From: Lama guanicoe
Lineage: Eukaryota
NCBI GenBank assembly: GCA_013239625.1
Contig: MU053561.1
Coordinates: 4,093,992-4,157,991, forward strand
Length of the DNA stretch: 64,000 bases
Direction: 5' to 3'
Shown piece by piece: positions 37,071 to 50,724 of the stretch. Under the pieces are notes generated by a model, which made no database searches, was not told the origin of the DNA, and saw only the letters and a list, made by a program, of their open reading frames with translations. Made by a program: the position numbers and the translations under genes. Positions within the stretch are counted from its first letter, which is position 1; the number at the start of each line of letters is the position of its first letter.

Positions 37071-40000
37071 TCTTAAGCCCAATAACTCTTCGGTCCATTT
37101 CTCACCCCACTTTGAATTTAAAGTAAAATGAGATCATTCACTATTTATTAGAGCACCTAGTATATACAAGACAATAGGTTGAGGGTTGAGAGAGATACAA
37201 GAATAAATGCCATACAATGTTACCTTTAAGGAAGTTACAACCTGGTTGGGTGGAGAGATGGGTACTAACACATTGGAATTATAACGCATTGCCCCACTTA
37301 ATCCTCACTGCACCCTGAAAGAAGAACGGTATCTTACAAAGAAGGAAAAGTAAGCTAGGAAAAGTTGAGTTGATTTTTCAAGCTGACACAGCCATTGAAA
37401 GGTTGGATTTTGACCCAAATTTGGATCTGTCTGGTCCCAAAGTTCAAATTCTTTCCATCAAGCCATACTGAGATCATAGATCAATGTATAAAGACCCCAA
37501 ATACTGGGAACTATGTGATGCATACAAGACAAGAAATATAAACACTTGCCAGAGGAGTTCAGCAGGTGGGTGGTGACAGAAGCATGAAACTATAGCATAT
37601 TTACTAAATGTGACTGTTTTACCAGGAAACAGCAGCAGTGAGGACTTACTTCATGTTGAAAACGTATTTTTTAACACTGCAGAAAAGAGACGAGTTTCTT
37701 TGTTCGTAAATTCTCCTTTTATGGACTGCAGTTCCAATGTTTAGGAAGCTACTTGCCCAAACAAAAGAGGCTGGCACAACTCACAGCTCCAGATGCTAGC
37801 AGACATTTGTCTGCAAACCCTCAGAATGAGGGCTACCTATTCCAGAAGGAATCTCCTTCTATTACACGTCTTCCTCAGTCTGAACAGAGAGCAGAGCTCA
37901 GCCTGGAAACGCAGGATGTGAGCATGCTTACTGCCCGTTGTTACTTGGCTAAATCTGCACCCCGTCACAGAGAGGTTTTCTTCCATAGTCAACACCACTT
38001 TTCAAGGCCCCTGGCTCTAAGTTTTGCCCTCCCACTTACGCACACAGATGGCTCCCTCCCAGCTCCCGCCAGCTCCTGCCTGGATTGACCACTAACGAGG
38101 AGCCCCCGCGGCAGCGTGTCTGGGACTCAGAAATGACTCCACTTTCTCTACCGCTGAGTCATTGTTATTAGGTCCGGACGGGAAGACCGAAACCTATGAA
38201 AGCTCACGTCTCAGTGGCGAGGGCCACTCCCTGCGCTGCCACACTCAGGGCTCCACCTGAGCCCAGTGTTCCTGGATGGTGGCAAAATGTTCCATTTCAT
38301 ATTTGGAACAGAAAGGACAAAGAGAACTGAGACAGTCTGTCATTAAACACCAAAATACCGAAACACCTGGGAGTCTGCCTCCCTCCCCCTGGCCCGAGAC
38401 CTACGAGAAGCTTTTAGTCACATTCCCTATTTACTCGACACTAATGCAAGCTTTCTATTTCCTGCATAGGATGCAGTACACTGAAACACATTAATTAAGA
38501 AAAGGATCCTTGTAAACACCTCCAGACAGGCACCCCTTCCCAAATGCACAGAGCAGCTTCCTCTCGGGACCTGCCACTATACCTGATCCCAGTCACTTCT
38601 GGGGACAAAAACCACACTAGGTTGCAGATGCCAAGGACAGTTTGTGTGGGGTTGTTCCCACATTCTGGGTGACCCTCGGCCCCAAGTATGGGACTCACAG
38701 AGCAATTTTGTTACAGTCACACACACCCCCAGGTGCAATGGTATATTTTGTCATTAAATAGACATGAAAACCAGCATTCCTTTTGCCAAACATGGTGGAG
38801 ACAGTTTTTGGAATCACTGAAATCCCATTTTATTCCAACAGCTGCTGACTACAGGGGCAGCGTTCAGTGTCCAAGGATGATACTTTAATACAAACTGAGC
38901 CCCCTCCATAATGAAGCGAGCTGGGCTTTAGGGGTGATTTGTTTAAAAGCCACATCATAAATCAGCTGTCAGTTCTTCTGTATTCCAGGTCTGGCGGGCT
39001 TACCTTCACCCTGAAGTAATCGCATCTGAAACCTGACCTCCCAGCCTCAGAGCCTGCTGGAAACATGTGCTCAACGACTTCCAGTCAAAGAAGCAAGAAC
39101 TTAAATTGTTCCACATTTTTAATAAATGGGCCAGGAACCCATGAGGCAACTCCTATTGACCTGGGTGCTCAGCATACTGATCAAATAAAGAAGAGAGTGA
39201 CAGGTTTGCAATGACCAGGTTTAAGGCAACATGTACTAACCCTGGCAGGTCGAGCCTGGACAATACCGACTCATGTTCTTAAGTACAAACAGATAGTCTC
39301 AGCCTAAAGAAAAGCCCAGAAATATTACATTAATTGCCATTAATAGTTCGGCCGGGTAGGGGGTGGGGGTAAATGGCCGTGAAGAGAGGAGGAGGGGAAG
39401 GCATGCAGGACCACCTGCCAGAGAGAAGCTTTCTGTAAGGAGCTGCGCCTCTGGGACTCCTTCCAGCTTCTTGGTTCTCTGATGCTAAAAAGAGAAATTT
39501 GATTGCTGGGGAAAGCAGCTTTGCAGCTCACTGGGACAAGGCTTAGGAGCTGCTGCTCTCAGTCAGCCTTGGTGAGAAGCTCTTGTGGGCAAGGCACTGG
39601 GCTGACCAGGGCAGATGTGAGGATAATGAAGACAGGCTCCCTCTTCAAGGAGCTCGCCTTCTGCTGTAGGAGACCAACGTGAAAAGAGATCTGATGGTTT
39701 AATAAGAGGAACCACCACCATAAGCCTGTGCTAAGGATATAATCAGGAATACGATACATAGCCCTGCCCCCTAGATGCTCACAGGCTAGTAGGAGAGACA
39801 GATAAAAAAGCAGAAAATACCCACCCAGTGTGATAAGGACTATGAGAGGGTGCCACGGGGGCCCCTGGGAGGACCACCCAGATGTGGGTGCTCAGAAACA
39901 TCTTTCCAGAGTGGAGGGTGTTCAGCCAAGACCCAGGATGAGCAGGGGATCAACACACAGGGTTGGGGGGCAAGGAAGGGGCACAGAGGAGGGACATGCA

Positions 40001-43000
40001 ATGCTGTTGCAGGGGGACTGGGATATGGACAGCTCAGATGAGAGGAGGCAGAGCACACTTGTGAAACTAAGAGGAACATAGTCAGACTAAGTATAAAATG
40101 CAGGGGGAATGGGAGAGAGAAAGCCAGGCAGCAGGCAGGCCTCTGTGTACAGCACACAACAGGAGCTTAATAGAGGCATGCAAGAGGGCTGCAGTGCACA
40201 GAGCAGGGCGCCGTGGAGTTCACTGAGAATGGCTGGAGAAGGCTTTGCCTAAAAAACCAGAAGAAATGAGCAGACTGCTCCAGGCAGAGGAAGCCATGCT
40301 GCAAGGGCCGTTTGGCACTTTGAAAATTAACCCTATTCTCTCTCCCAATCCCAGGTGGGGTCCAAGATGAACAGCATACCACATACCTGGTTCTGTCTTG
40401 TAGGCTCACATCAACGGCAAGATTATGAAGCCTCAAGCTCCAGAAAAAGTGGAGGGAACTGTCAGTAATAGTAGCTTCTGTAGGCCAGGGTCCTTGAGCA
40501 CAGGGACCCTCCTGATGAAGAGAACCTACATGTCCAAAATCAGAAACACAGCCCAGCCAACTGGAAAAACTTCAGGGGGAGCCAGGGAAATGATCACCTC
40601 TTTGGGGAGGTTCCTATAAGTTGTTGCCCTATTAATAATATAAAAATACCCTCAAAACAAGGATCCTCAGAAATGATGCCAATCTAATAGGCAATACTTA
40701 CTACGTACCAGGCACTGTGCTGAAGTCCCACAGGTACCATCGTGTTTAATCCTCTAACCAGCCCAATGCAATGTAAGTATTCCTACAACTTTACAGATGA
40801 GAAGACTGAAGTTAAACATCCTGCCTAATGGTAAATGGCATCTGGTGGCAGGACTAGGACCCCCTGGGCCACACTTCACATCGCTCTGGCCAGCTGCTCC
40901 CCATGGACAGGTCACAGCCTCACTAAACCATCTCCCCACAACGCCCCCAGAGGAAAATAACATGGAGACCCGCAAGAGAAAGATTATTTCACTTAATGTG
41001 TATGTACCAAAGACAATGCTGTGGGGTTTAGCTGAAGATAAGCCTTTTTACCTTCTCAGGCCATGACTGGCAGCCAACTCTCCTCAACTTACTAAAGATA
41101 AATCACCTCTTCCACGAGGCAGCAGGACTGTCTCATATATGAGACCCTTTCACTCACCTTTTCTTGCATGATCCCTAATGTGCTCATTTTACAGGTGGGA
41201 AGTCAAGATTCAGAGCCACTGAGTACCTTTTCCAAGGACTCACTGCTACTAAAGCGTTTGAGCTAGGACTCAAACCAGGTTCTATTTTATTTCAGGAACA
41301 AAGTCTTCCATGTCACCCACCACATCACAACAGAGCAGAAGGGAACTGCAATGTTCTCAGGAGACACTTCGTCATAGCCAGGGAAAGAAAGCTAAAGACT
41401 CGCTACCTAAGGTCTCTCACAAAGAGAAAGTGTATTTTATAAGGATGCTGACATGTCTATCCTGCCAAACACAGGTTCTTCCCCAAAAGAAAAAAAAAAG
41501 AAAAATACAAAGACAGTTATCAGTGCCAGAAAAGAGAGAAAAGGAACATTTGCAGATGGATACTGTGCCTGCTCCTGCAGCCAAACTTATGGTTACACTT
41601 TCCACTGTCAGATGTCATGGTCAGAGAGTAACTCTTACATGAGGCAGAGGATTTTTTATAAGACAACATACATAAAGTGTGGGGGAGGACCGGCCCCCAG
41701 GGACCTGGGGTAGACGCGTAAGACAAGTCCCTTGAGGAAGGGAGGTCTGCAGAAGGAAGAGCCCAGCTGTGTGGATTTGTACTGATGAAAGCTTTCATTG
41801 ATGAAAGCCCAAATGTATAGACTCTGAAGCTGCCTGTGATCTGCTTCAGAGTGCTAAAAGGTGATGTCAGAGAAAGAGCACTAGACAGAAAGGAGACCTG
41901 GGTTCAAGCCCCTGTCCAGCCACCATTTCAGGAAAGTCACAGAAGCTCCTCTGCTCTCATCTTCTTTGTCCATAACAGAAGAAATTAGACTAGATGACCT
42001 CCGAACCTCCTACAGCTCAAAAATATGTGATCATGACTCTAGTGTCCTTCTCTTCACATCCTTGATGGGGCCACAGAGATGCAACCCACCTGACAGAGTG
42101 GGCCACAGAACCAGGAAAATGCAAAGATGTTACTAAAGGGGTTGGAGCTTTAAGATAAATTCTGTCCACACCACAGCCTTGCTCGAGACCTGCCTGCAGT
42201 CCAGTCGCAAGCCCTGGCCACCAGACTCACACAACACTGAAATTCCCACTCTTGTTTCTGCACCCACACGCTTTCACCTACACTACTGCCAGCCTGTGAT
42301 GAAGGTCACACACTTGGAGAAGTCAAAAAATGAACAGCCCACAATCTCAAGATGAAGATGCTGGAGGAAGGCAGAGATCTTACTGTAGGGCTCAGACAAT
42401 ACATGTAACCATGGAGAGCAGCGGGATCCAGGTGAACCAGCTGTGTGATCTAAGGGATTTCACCACTCTACACCTAAGTTTCTTGACAATGTAAAATCAT
42501 GATGATGATGATAATACTACCTGATGACAAACAGCCTATCTCAGAAAGTCATTGTGATTATCAAATTACACATAAAACTCAAAGGCTCCCTAGATAAGCA
42601 GGTGCTGTTCCCAGGGCACATCCATGGGCAACAAGGAGTTAGGGAGCAGGGCTGGGGCTATTGCATGTGTGAAGTTCAATACACACTCAGTCAACCCTTT
42701 GCCTACAAAATGGTCCCAAGTTGCCTACACATTTGGCGGAAGGAAGAGGAATCACTCTTGGAATGGCAGGAAATATAAAGTAGGAACACGGGAGAGGGTC
42801 CAGCCATTTGGACCAGACTACAGAACCCACCAGTCACCACCCAGAAGCATGAGCCCCCAAGGCAGTGGCGGGAGATGGAATCTGAAGAGTTGTCTCTTTC
42901 TTTACTGAACCATCTTCCACAGGAAGGGAGGAGGGCCAGTCCCCAATAAGAGGCTGCAGCTGCCTGGGACCAGGGTCATTTCTTATGCACTGCTGGATCC

Positions 43001-43237
43001 CCAGTACTCAGCGTGGAGCCAGCATGTCATGGACACTAATTAAATATTTGCTGACTGATGAATGATTAGAAATGGAGAGGCTGATGGAACAGAAATCCCA
43101 GTGAACAAACTATGTAGGGGCTGAGGACCTAATATCACTGGACTGGCCTCCAGACAAGGGATGTCCCAGAGGTTGGGGTGACCTGGAGAACCAAGAATAG
43201 CACTTGGAAAAACCAGACCAGAGAGAGGGTCAGTCTG

Positions 43238-43523
43238 TGAGTCACCTGTCCTTCAAATGCAGGACCTGTCTGAGGAGGGAGCAGAGGAATGTAAGACCAT
43301 GAGTCAGTGGGTTATCTGTGCTGCTACCTTCTGAGTCACTGCCCGGCCCCACCGGGGGCCGGCCCTTGGTGTGAGGGGCCTTGGCATGTGTGGCCCTGTG
43401 TTTATATCTATACCCACACGCTCAGCAGACACCACCAGCCAAGATGAGTCAAGAGTTTCTCTCACGTTTTATTTAAGCCGTGTCACTGGACTGACTCACT
43501 GCTTACTTGCCCTCTCCCGGAAG
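43238..43523. promoter_or_regulatory. Candidate enhancer: homotypic cluster of five AP-1 (TGASTCA) sites
   Basis: TGAGTCA at 43238, 43300, 43332 and 43445; TGACTCA at 43492; GGAATG (TEAD-like) at 43286; CCGGAAG (ETS-like) at 43517. Confidence 0.5.
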
Positions 43524-45754
43524 AAATGCCTTCCAACAGAGGTGCAGCTTGGCACACCTCGTGGTGTGTCGGGGCCATGAGATCTGCTTACTAGCCAGGT
43601 TCTGTCTGTCTTCAGGAGCCACATGTTTCCAGGCTCCCTGTGAGCACCCTGATGAGATCAGGCCCTGGCCCAAGGCTGAGGGTGGTGCGTCACCCCAAGC
43701 CCACAGGGAACCTGCCTTCTCCTCCCTCATCTGCCCCTGCTGTCCTCGCTACCACCTGCTTCTGCATTGGCTCCTCAGGGATGCTTACAGAAAGGGCAGC
43801 TCCCTCCCGGGCTGTTGTAATTTATTATTAGAAAACTCTTGAAGGCCCCAAAGCCTTCCAATTTCCCTCCCCTACCCTGGTAAAAGAATTTCTAGTAAAT
43901 AATTCTTCTCGTCACTAAAATCATGCCTGGTATTATTGCCAGATTAATCTTCCTCAGATGTAGCTCATTGCTCAGAAACTCCCATCTCATACCAAATTCA
44001 GTAAAAATGTCTTCTCCCTCACACTGTATAGTTTGTTGCCAGTCACCGGCAGGGTGAGAGGAAGGAGCTCCAGGCAGCCGTGTCTGTACTGTGTGGCCCT
44101 GGTCACAGTAGAGTGTCCAGGGTGAGCCCCTGACCTAACCGGGGCCAATCTTAATCTCTTCCTGGGAAATTCGGAATAGAGGCTCAAAAATTTCAGTCTC
44201 AGTCTGGGCTAAAAGCTTAAATAAGTAAAGACGCAGGAGTGACAGGGGATCATTTTCCTCGTGATGTGAATAGGAAAGTTTAGAAAGCAGGTCCACAGTG
44301 AGGGCTGGATGAAGCCGAAGTGCACAAAGAAGCAGAGGCGGGAGGAAAATACATTGCCCAGGTCCCTTATGGTCCCCAGTTCCCAGGGTCCAATGCCACC
44401 CAAAAAGTTCCTTCTCCAGTTTTAATATATAAGCATGGAAGGTGGTAGATGAAATAGCTAAATGTCCTTTTACAACAGAAAATTTAATCAGAAAAATATT
44501 TAAAATCACGTTGTATATAAAATAATATTTTAGAATTTTTTCCACACTCAAAGAAGAAAGACAAGAAGGAAGAAAGAAGAGGAAAGGAAAGGAAAAACAA
44601 AGGAAAGCAATTTATAGCATCAGAAATGTTACGCTTTTCATTCTTCTTATAGGCGATTATTTATGATCTAAAAATGTTCTTCAAAGGGCTTAGTCACAAT
44701 CGCATCTATCACTTGCGAGTGGGAAGCTCTATTTCCAGGAAGAATCATTTAATCAATATTAAAGTTATCTGCCCCATAGTTTCTATGTAAAGAACTCTAA
44801 AGCATCTCAAAAAAGCATTAAGATTGTTTCAGGCTGGGCCTGAACCACCCTACCTTATTGTTCAAAACAAAGTAATTGAGAGGGTTCCCTGTAATATGAG
44901 AGCCTTTGTGTAGCCTCAAATACAAGTTTGCTCCCACAAAATCATTCGGATAAATTCTCACTTATACACAGGCATATACATTACTTTATCTCATGTAAAC
45001 TTTACAAGCACCATTTGAAATAAATATTATTAACTTTATTCTACAGATAAGGTGACTAAGGTATAAGTGAGGCCACACAGTACATAGCAGAGCTAGTTTT
45101 GGAAGTCGGGGTGTTACGACTCCTACTCTGGCTGAAGCGGACAGACTCTGCATCTGAGCTGCACGGGCTTCTCTTGTACGTCTATATCATGCCGCCTGGG
45201 CAACCACACACTAACTTGATGACTGGTCCTGAGAACATCCATCTCACATGGAGAAGAAAGACGCTTGCTAGTAAAGCTGATGAGTTGCCTTTAAAATGAG
45301 TCAAACTACTTAACGTATTCATTCAATCTAATTTTACTGAGCACCTACTATGGGCCAAGGGGTCTGCTTCATTTTATCATCAGAATTTCCAAAATCTAGT
45401 AGACGTGGACCACCTGTGAAGAACAAGCTTGAAATATCAGAGAGTCTGGAAACTGGGGCCTTGGGCAGGAGTTGGGGTAAGACAGAGTGGGCAGTGAGAA
45501 CAGTACGCAGCTTCTCACCATGACTGCTTGTAGGAAAGGCAGGAATCAGTATATTAACCTACCAACTGGATGTAACTCCACCTGGGAACCTTAATGGTGG
45601 TTCATAATTTTTTTTCTTTAATTGGAATTTACATATTTTTAAAAAATATTAATTGTCCCAGAGCTTGAGTGACACCCAAACTGTTTTACTACAGAAAAAT
45701 AGGCTCCCAGCCAAGGTGAGAGAGGATCTATGAAAGAATCCATGGTCTGTCTGT

Positions 45755-45800
45755 TTCTCTCTCTCTCTCCCTCTCTCTCTCTGTCTCTCTCTGTCTCTCT
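45755..45800. repeat. (TC)n-rich microsatellite
   Basis: tctctctctctctccctctctctctctgtctctctctgtctctct. Confidence 0.9.
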
Positions 45801-45914
45801 GTTTCCGGTTCCCACATGTGCAATCCTACAAGGAGAGGGAAGCGGGGGTGGGCAGAGAAGGGAAGGGGGGAAGAACGGACATTCTCTGAGAAGTGCTTTT
45901 ATAAGTGCAATAAA

Positions 45915-46090
45915 AATGGCTAGCACTTATTGAGCATTCACTATAGTCACTGAGCTGGTGCTTTACAGACGTTATCACACGTAATCTTCACAAACAGCCT
46001 AAAGAGTGAGCACTATCCTCACCCTCCACAGAGGAGGAAGCTGAGGACCAAGGTCACTCTCCTAGTAAGTGGCAGAGTCACTAAGTTCAG
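45915..46090 (-). mobile_element. MIR SINE
   Basis: gctagcacttattgagcattcactat...aatcttcacaaacagcct...cagaggaggaagctgagg...ccaaggtcac. Confidence 0.75.
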
Positions 46091-47429
46091 GGCTTGGGCC
46101 CTTAACCCCCAATTACACTGACTCTTCTGGCCCATCTGGATGTTGGTCCTCAGCTGACAAGTCACATGGCCCTCATCCATTAGCCAATCGAAATTCCTGG
46201 CCAGGGGCTGGAGAAGTAATGAGTCGCCATGATCTGGGAAAGAGAAAGCACATCACCACCTTAGACCAAAGGCCCAGGGGCTTAGACCCAAGCAACTTTC
46301 CTGCCATCCTTTTGTCAAGCACACTCTGGTCAGGGACCAAGCCTGGCAGCCTCCTCTGACCCAGACCCTGGAATCGAGCCTTTCAGGAAGGTCCCGAAAG
46401 CAAAAGGAGCTGTCAACCAAAGGACTGTTCCAAAAGCCCTGGCCGTGAAGTGAATGGGTTAAATTGCTCTTGAACGGCCAGAAACTAAAGAGACAGGGTC
46501 CCTCATACTCCTATTTCTAGAGGCCCCAAAATGCCCCCAGCAGAAAGGAGCCAACGCACTGAAGCATCTTGTTTCGATTGCGCTGAAAATATCCGCTGTC
46601 ATAGCCCAGACCCCGAGAAGACTAAAAGGAGCATTCTCGACTCTGCCGGCAGAACACAGAGTGCCGTGCGAAGAGCCGCTCACTGCACTCGAGGGTACGA
46701 CAGCCAAGAATGCTTTCATAGTTGCGCTTTGCGCTGATTCCGTCTGGAATGCACGGACTTTGTCCCTTTGATCTTTGATATGGCTGCTTTGAGGGGTCAG
46801 GATCCCAGCATTTGAGGATAGTTCTGTCTTCATCCTCCACTGGTTCTGCCTCCACTCCAAGTTCTTGGACACAATTCTACAACTCTGCATTGAGAAGTCC
46901 CTCCTCCCTCCCTTTCTCATCTCATCCCACTCCTGAGAGCGTGCCCTCAGCTTCAGACCCTGAACACCCTGCCTCCCTGTCAGCAGGCTAGCCTAGTCAC
47001 CTCTGACCTTCCTCAGGCAGGTCGGGGTGAAGGGACACTGGCTTCTCCTCTCCTCAGGACCACCTCCACGGTGTTTCCTGCACCCCAAATACAAGGACCA
47101 AACATCTAGATGCTTGGAAACAAACATCTGGTTAATTGGCTGGGGGTCTGGGGTTTGTTTTTACTTTTCATCCAGATGTTGGTGTCATGGAGACCCTGCT
47201 TAGAATTCCTGCAGCCACGGTTAGAAGTTGTGTTTTCTATTAGGATTTGGAATTAGTCACAGCAACTAGAAGAAGTGAGATGTTGTTTGTCCTTTCCAGC
47301 ACCATGCCCAAGAACAAGACCTGGGGGCTTAATCTGCTCAAAGAAATTTATTTGTGGACATACCACTCTCTTTTTTAAAGGGAGAGGGAGAGGGGAAAGA
47401 TAGATAAAAGCAAGATTCTAGAATCTGCT

Positions 47430-47858
47430 TAAACTGGGCTGAATGGTGGCCCCAGAAATACCAGGTCCTTATCTCTGGAACCTGTAACATTACTGTCTTT
47501 GGAAAAAGTGTCTTTGCAGATGTGAATAAGTTAAGGATCTTGAGATGGAGATGTCATATGGATTATCCAGGTGGGCCCCAGTGCCATCACGTGCACCCTT
47601 CTGAAAGGGAGGTGGAGGGAGGTTTGACACACACAGAAGAGGAAAGGGCCACGTGAAGACAGAAGCAGAGACTGGAACAATGCAGACACAAGCCAGCAGC
47701 CACCAGAAGCGGGAGAGGCAAAGAGATAGCCTTTGGAGGGAGTAGAGCTGACTTAGTTTTAGACTTCTGGCTTCCAGCACTGTAAGAGGATAAACTTCTG
47801 TTGTTTTAATAAGTCAGCTTTGTGTGGATTTGGTACAGAATCCCAGGAAACTAATACA
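47430..47858 (+). mobile_element. MaLR solo LTR (MLT1C-like)
   Basis: gggctgaatggtggcccca...gtctttgcagatgtgaataagttaaggatcttgagatg...agacttctggcttccagcactgtaagaggataaacttctgttgtttt...ggaaactaataca. Confidence 0.9.
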
Positions 47859-49292
47859 TGGCTATTTACAAAAGCCACTGCAGACAAGCCTAGAGATGGG
47901 GGTAGAAGAAGGAACAAGTAGGACTAACAGACTGTAAGATCTACACATGGGAGGTTTCATTGGTGACTGATGTTTGCATGTCTCTTGGGTCCCTTCAGAT
48001 TAAAGAGCTGCTGCAAAGCAGAAGGAGAATAATGCCTCCAACAGAAGCATAAGGAATCTAGGTGAGGTGGGGTCCGGCCAGCGGGTCCAGGAGTACTCAA
48101 GACCTGCTTTGACTTACAGCCCTCCTTCCTGTGAATTCCTAAGAGATGGGAGCACAAGGGAAAATACCAAATACAAAGCCAACATACGTCTGTCTAACTA
48201 TCTAACTGGGTTTGGGCCTAAAAGTCCACTACAGAGCTCCCTGGTAAGCTGGGCTGACACGTGTCCCAAGCTAATGATTGAAGAGTCTTACCTCTTTCTG
48301 GTCAATTGTAGAAGACCAAAGAGATGAGTTCCCACAAACCTGGGTGGGCTGGTAAACACACCAGCCCATTGTCCTTCAAATCCCACCCACTAGTAAATAT
48401 GGCTCAATGTCCTGGACTGTGACTAATCTAATTATTAACTCATCCTCTCTGTTGGACACAAAAAGGGAAGTAGGAATAGAGCTAAGCTCATCCTTGTCTT
48501 ACAAATAGGAACAATTTGGGAACCACAACCTCTCTAAGACTGTTGACTGAAATCTCTATTTTGGGACATGGATGATGAGACTGAATCACACCTTTTGCCT
48601 GTTTCAGCTTCCTTCTCTCATCTCCACCGAGAGACACTGAGCCAACTTTCCCTGGGTATCTACCCTGTGCCATGTGCTATTCTAGGCACTGGGGATAGAG
48701 CATTAACAGGACAGACACAGTCCTTGCCTCAGTGAAGGACCATAAACTCCGTCCCAGGCCCTGCTAAGCCTTCACAACTCTGAAACACAGTCCAAGGAAG
48801 TCCACCTCCAACTTAGTCCCCTCAACACCCAGACCCCGTTAGTCATACTTCCCAACCAGCACCATGCTGGTCTGAAAACCTGAGAACTATAATTCTTGAA
48901 AGAACTATGTTTTAAGTGTATGAGAACTGGATAAAATTAACTTCTCTGAAAGCATGAAATGCTATAAAAATACACAGCATTTTTAATCGTACTCTATAGC
49001 CAGTTAGATCAGAGGATCAGAAAACTGTGCTCCTGAGGTCAGAACTTTGCGATCTCATTAACTGCATTTATTCTCATGTTACATCCTGGACTTGACCCCA
49101 AACAACTGATTAAAACCAACAGAAATCAGCTGACTCCCATTCAGCCATTTTTAGGATCAGCCGATAGCACTAGTTGCCTTTACAGAGAATAGCATGTTAT
49201 TTTTGAAACATGAAGAGAGAACAGAAAGAAGACACTCTGCAAGGCCCAGGAAAACTCAAGTCCATGGATAAGCAAGCCACATGACAAGAGCT

Positions 49293-49392
49293 GAAGGAGG
49301 AGAGAGAAGAGGAAGAAGAGGAAAAAGAGGAAAAGGAAGAGGAAGAAGGAGGAAGGGGAGGAGGAGGATGGAGCGGGAGGGGGAGGAGGAGG
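49293..49392. repeat. Purine-rich GA low-complexity tract
   Basis: About 100 bp almost entirely G/A (gaggaagaagaggaaaaagagg...). Confidence 0.9.
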
Positions 49393-50224
49393 TAAATATT
49401 TCTAAATATGCAAATGTTTGTTATGATGTAGAGATGGGAGCCTGTAACATTAAAGGAGACTTCTTTTATTTGATAACCATATCCATGAGCAAACACTAAA
49501 ACTGAAGCTAATGGAAACCAAAACAACTGTTCTAAAATGATGAAATATGGGGATTATGTCTAATTGTATAATGCTAGTAAAAACAAGTTCATTTTGACTA
49601 ATTCCATGGGAAGTGGCACAAAGCTTTCCTGTCCAGGATCTGTGGCTACCTGGGTGGCACACATCCAGAACCAAACGTCTTTGTTTTCCTATTGCTTCAG
49701 TCCCAGTTCATCACTGACACTCAAAAAATTTCCCACTAGACCACAATACATTAGGAAGAACCACCATTGTTTGGGTCAAAATGAGTGGAAAGCACACCAC
49801 AGTAGAAGAAACCATAATAGAAAAAGACAAAAGAAAGAAGAGGAAGTGACAGATAAAAACAGAGCAGGAACATATAATTTGAAGAAGAAAGTGGAAACAC
49901 ACCACTTTAGAGGTTTGGTTGAACTGAATGAACTGAATGAACTGAAGACAAAGGCCAGTAAAACGTTCCCATCACCCTTGGCTTCAACTGGGTTAATTAC
50001 GTCCTTACAGAACAGCCTGTCCAAGAGTTCACTTTGCTATTTCACAATCGTTCGACCAACAATTACTTACGGAACATGTGAGGCCCTGAGCTTAGTTCTA
50101 AGGAGGTAGAAAGGTGAGCACAAGCCTGAAGGTAGGATCTTGTAGAGACATGAGACATTAATGTAAACATACAAATACTAGTGTGACCTTTACGTGGAAG
50201 AGTGCAGCTTGATAGGGTGCATTT

Positions 50225-50520
50225 TTAAAAATAAACTTTTTACTTTATAATATTTTTTAATTTACAGAAAAATTGTGACTAGAACACCGAGTTCCCAGAC
50301 CCCACACCCAGGTTTCCCGTCTTTAACATCTTACGTTAGTCTGGTACATTTGTCACAATTAGTGAACCAATATTGATTAATTATTATTAACAAAAGTCCT
50401 TACTTTATTAAGATTTCCTTACTTTTTACCTAATATCTCTTTTGGTTCCAGGATCCCATCTAGGACACCACAGTGCAGTTAGTCACCAGATCTCCTTAGG
50501 TTCCTTGTGATTGTGACAGG
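50225..50520 (-). mobile_element. L1MC-type 3' end
   Basis: taacatcttacgttagtctggtacatttgtcacaattagtgaaccaatattgat...ttccaggatcccatctaggacaccaca. Confidence 0.85.
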
Positions 50521-50724
50521 TGACAGCATTCATTTTTAATGTAATTTTATTTTTTCTTATACTGTCCCTCCAAATAGGTTTAGTGGACTGGTCATTTCTC
50601 TGCCCCTAGATGACATCTTGAGCTGGTCCCAAACTTTTTCAGTCTTTCTCAGATATTATGTCCTATTCAAATACAAAATTATTATGTCCAGGATTGTGTA
50701 ACAGTTGGTCAAAATTGGGGGGCA

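Noticed and set aside
41782..41810. CTGATGA...GAAA resembling a hammerhead ribozyme core or C box, with palindrome atgaaagctttcat
   Set aside because: Stem II cannot form between the core motifs and I could not build stems I and III; most likely a small local duplication or inversion.
49564..50109. Longest ORF in the track (181 aa)
   Set aside because: Non-ATG start, no recognisable domain, no convincing splice context; length is compatible with chance in 64 kb.
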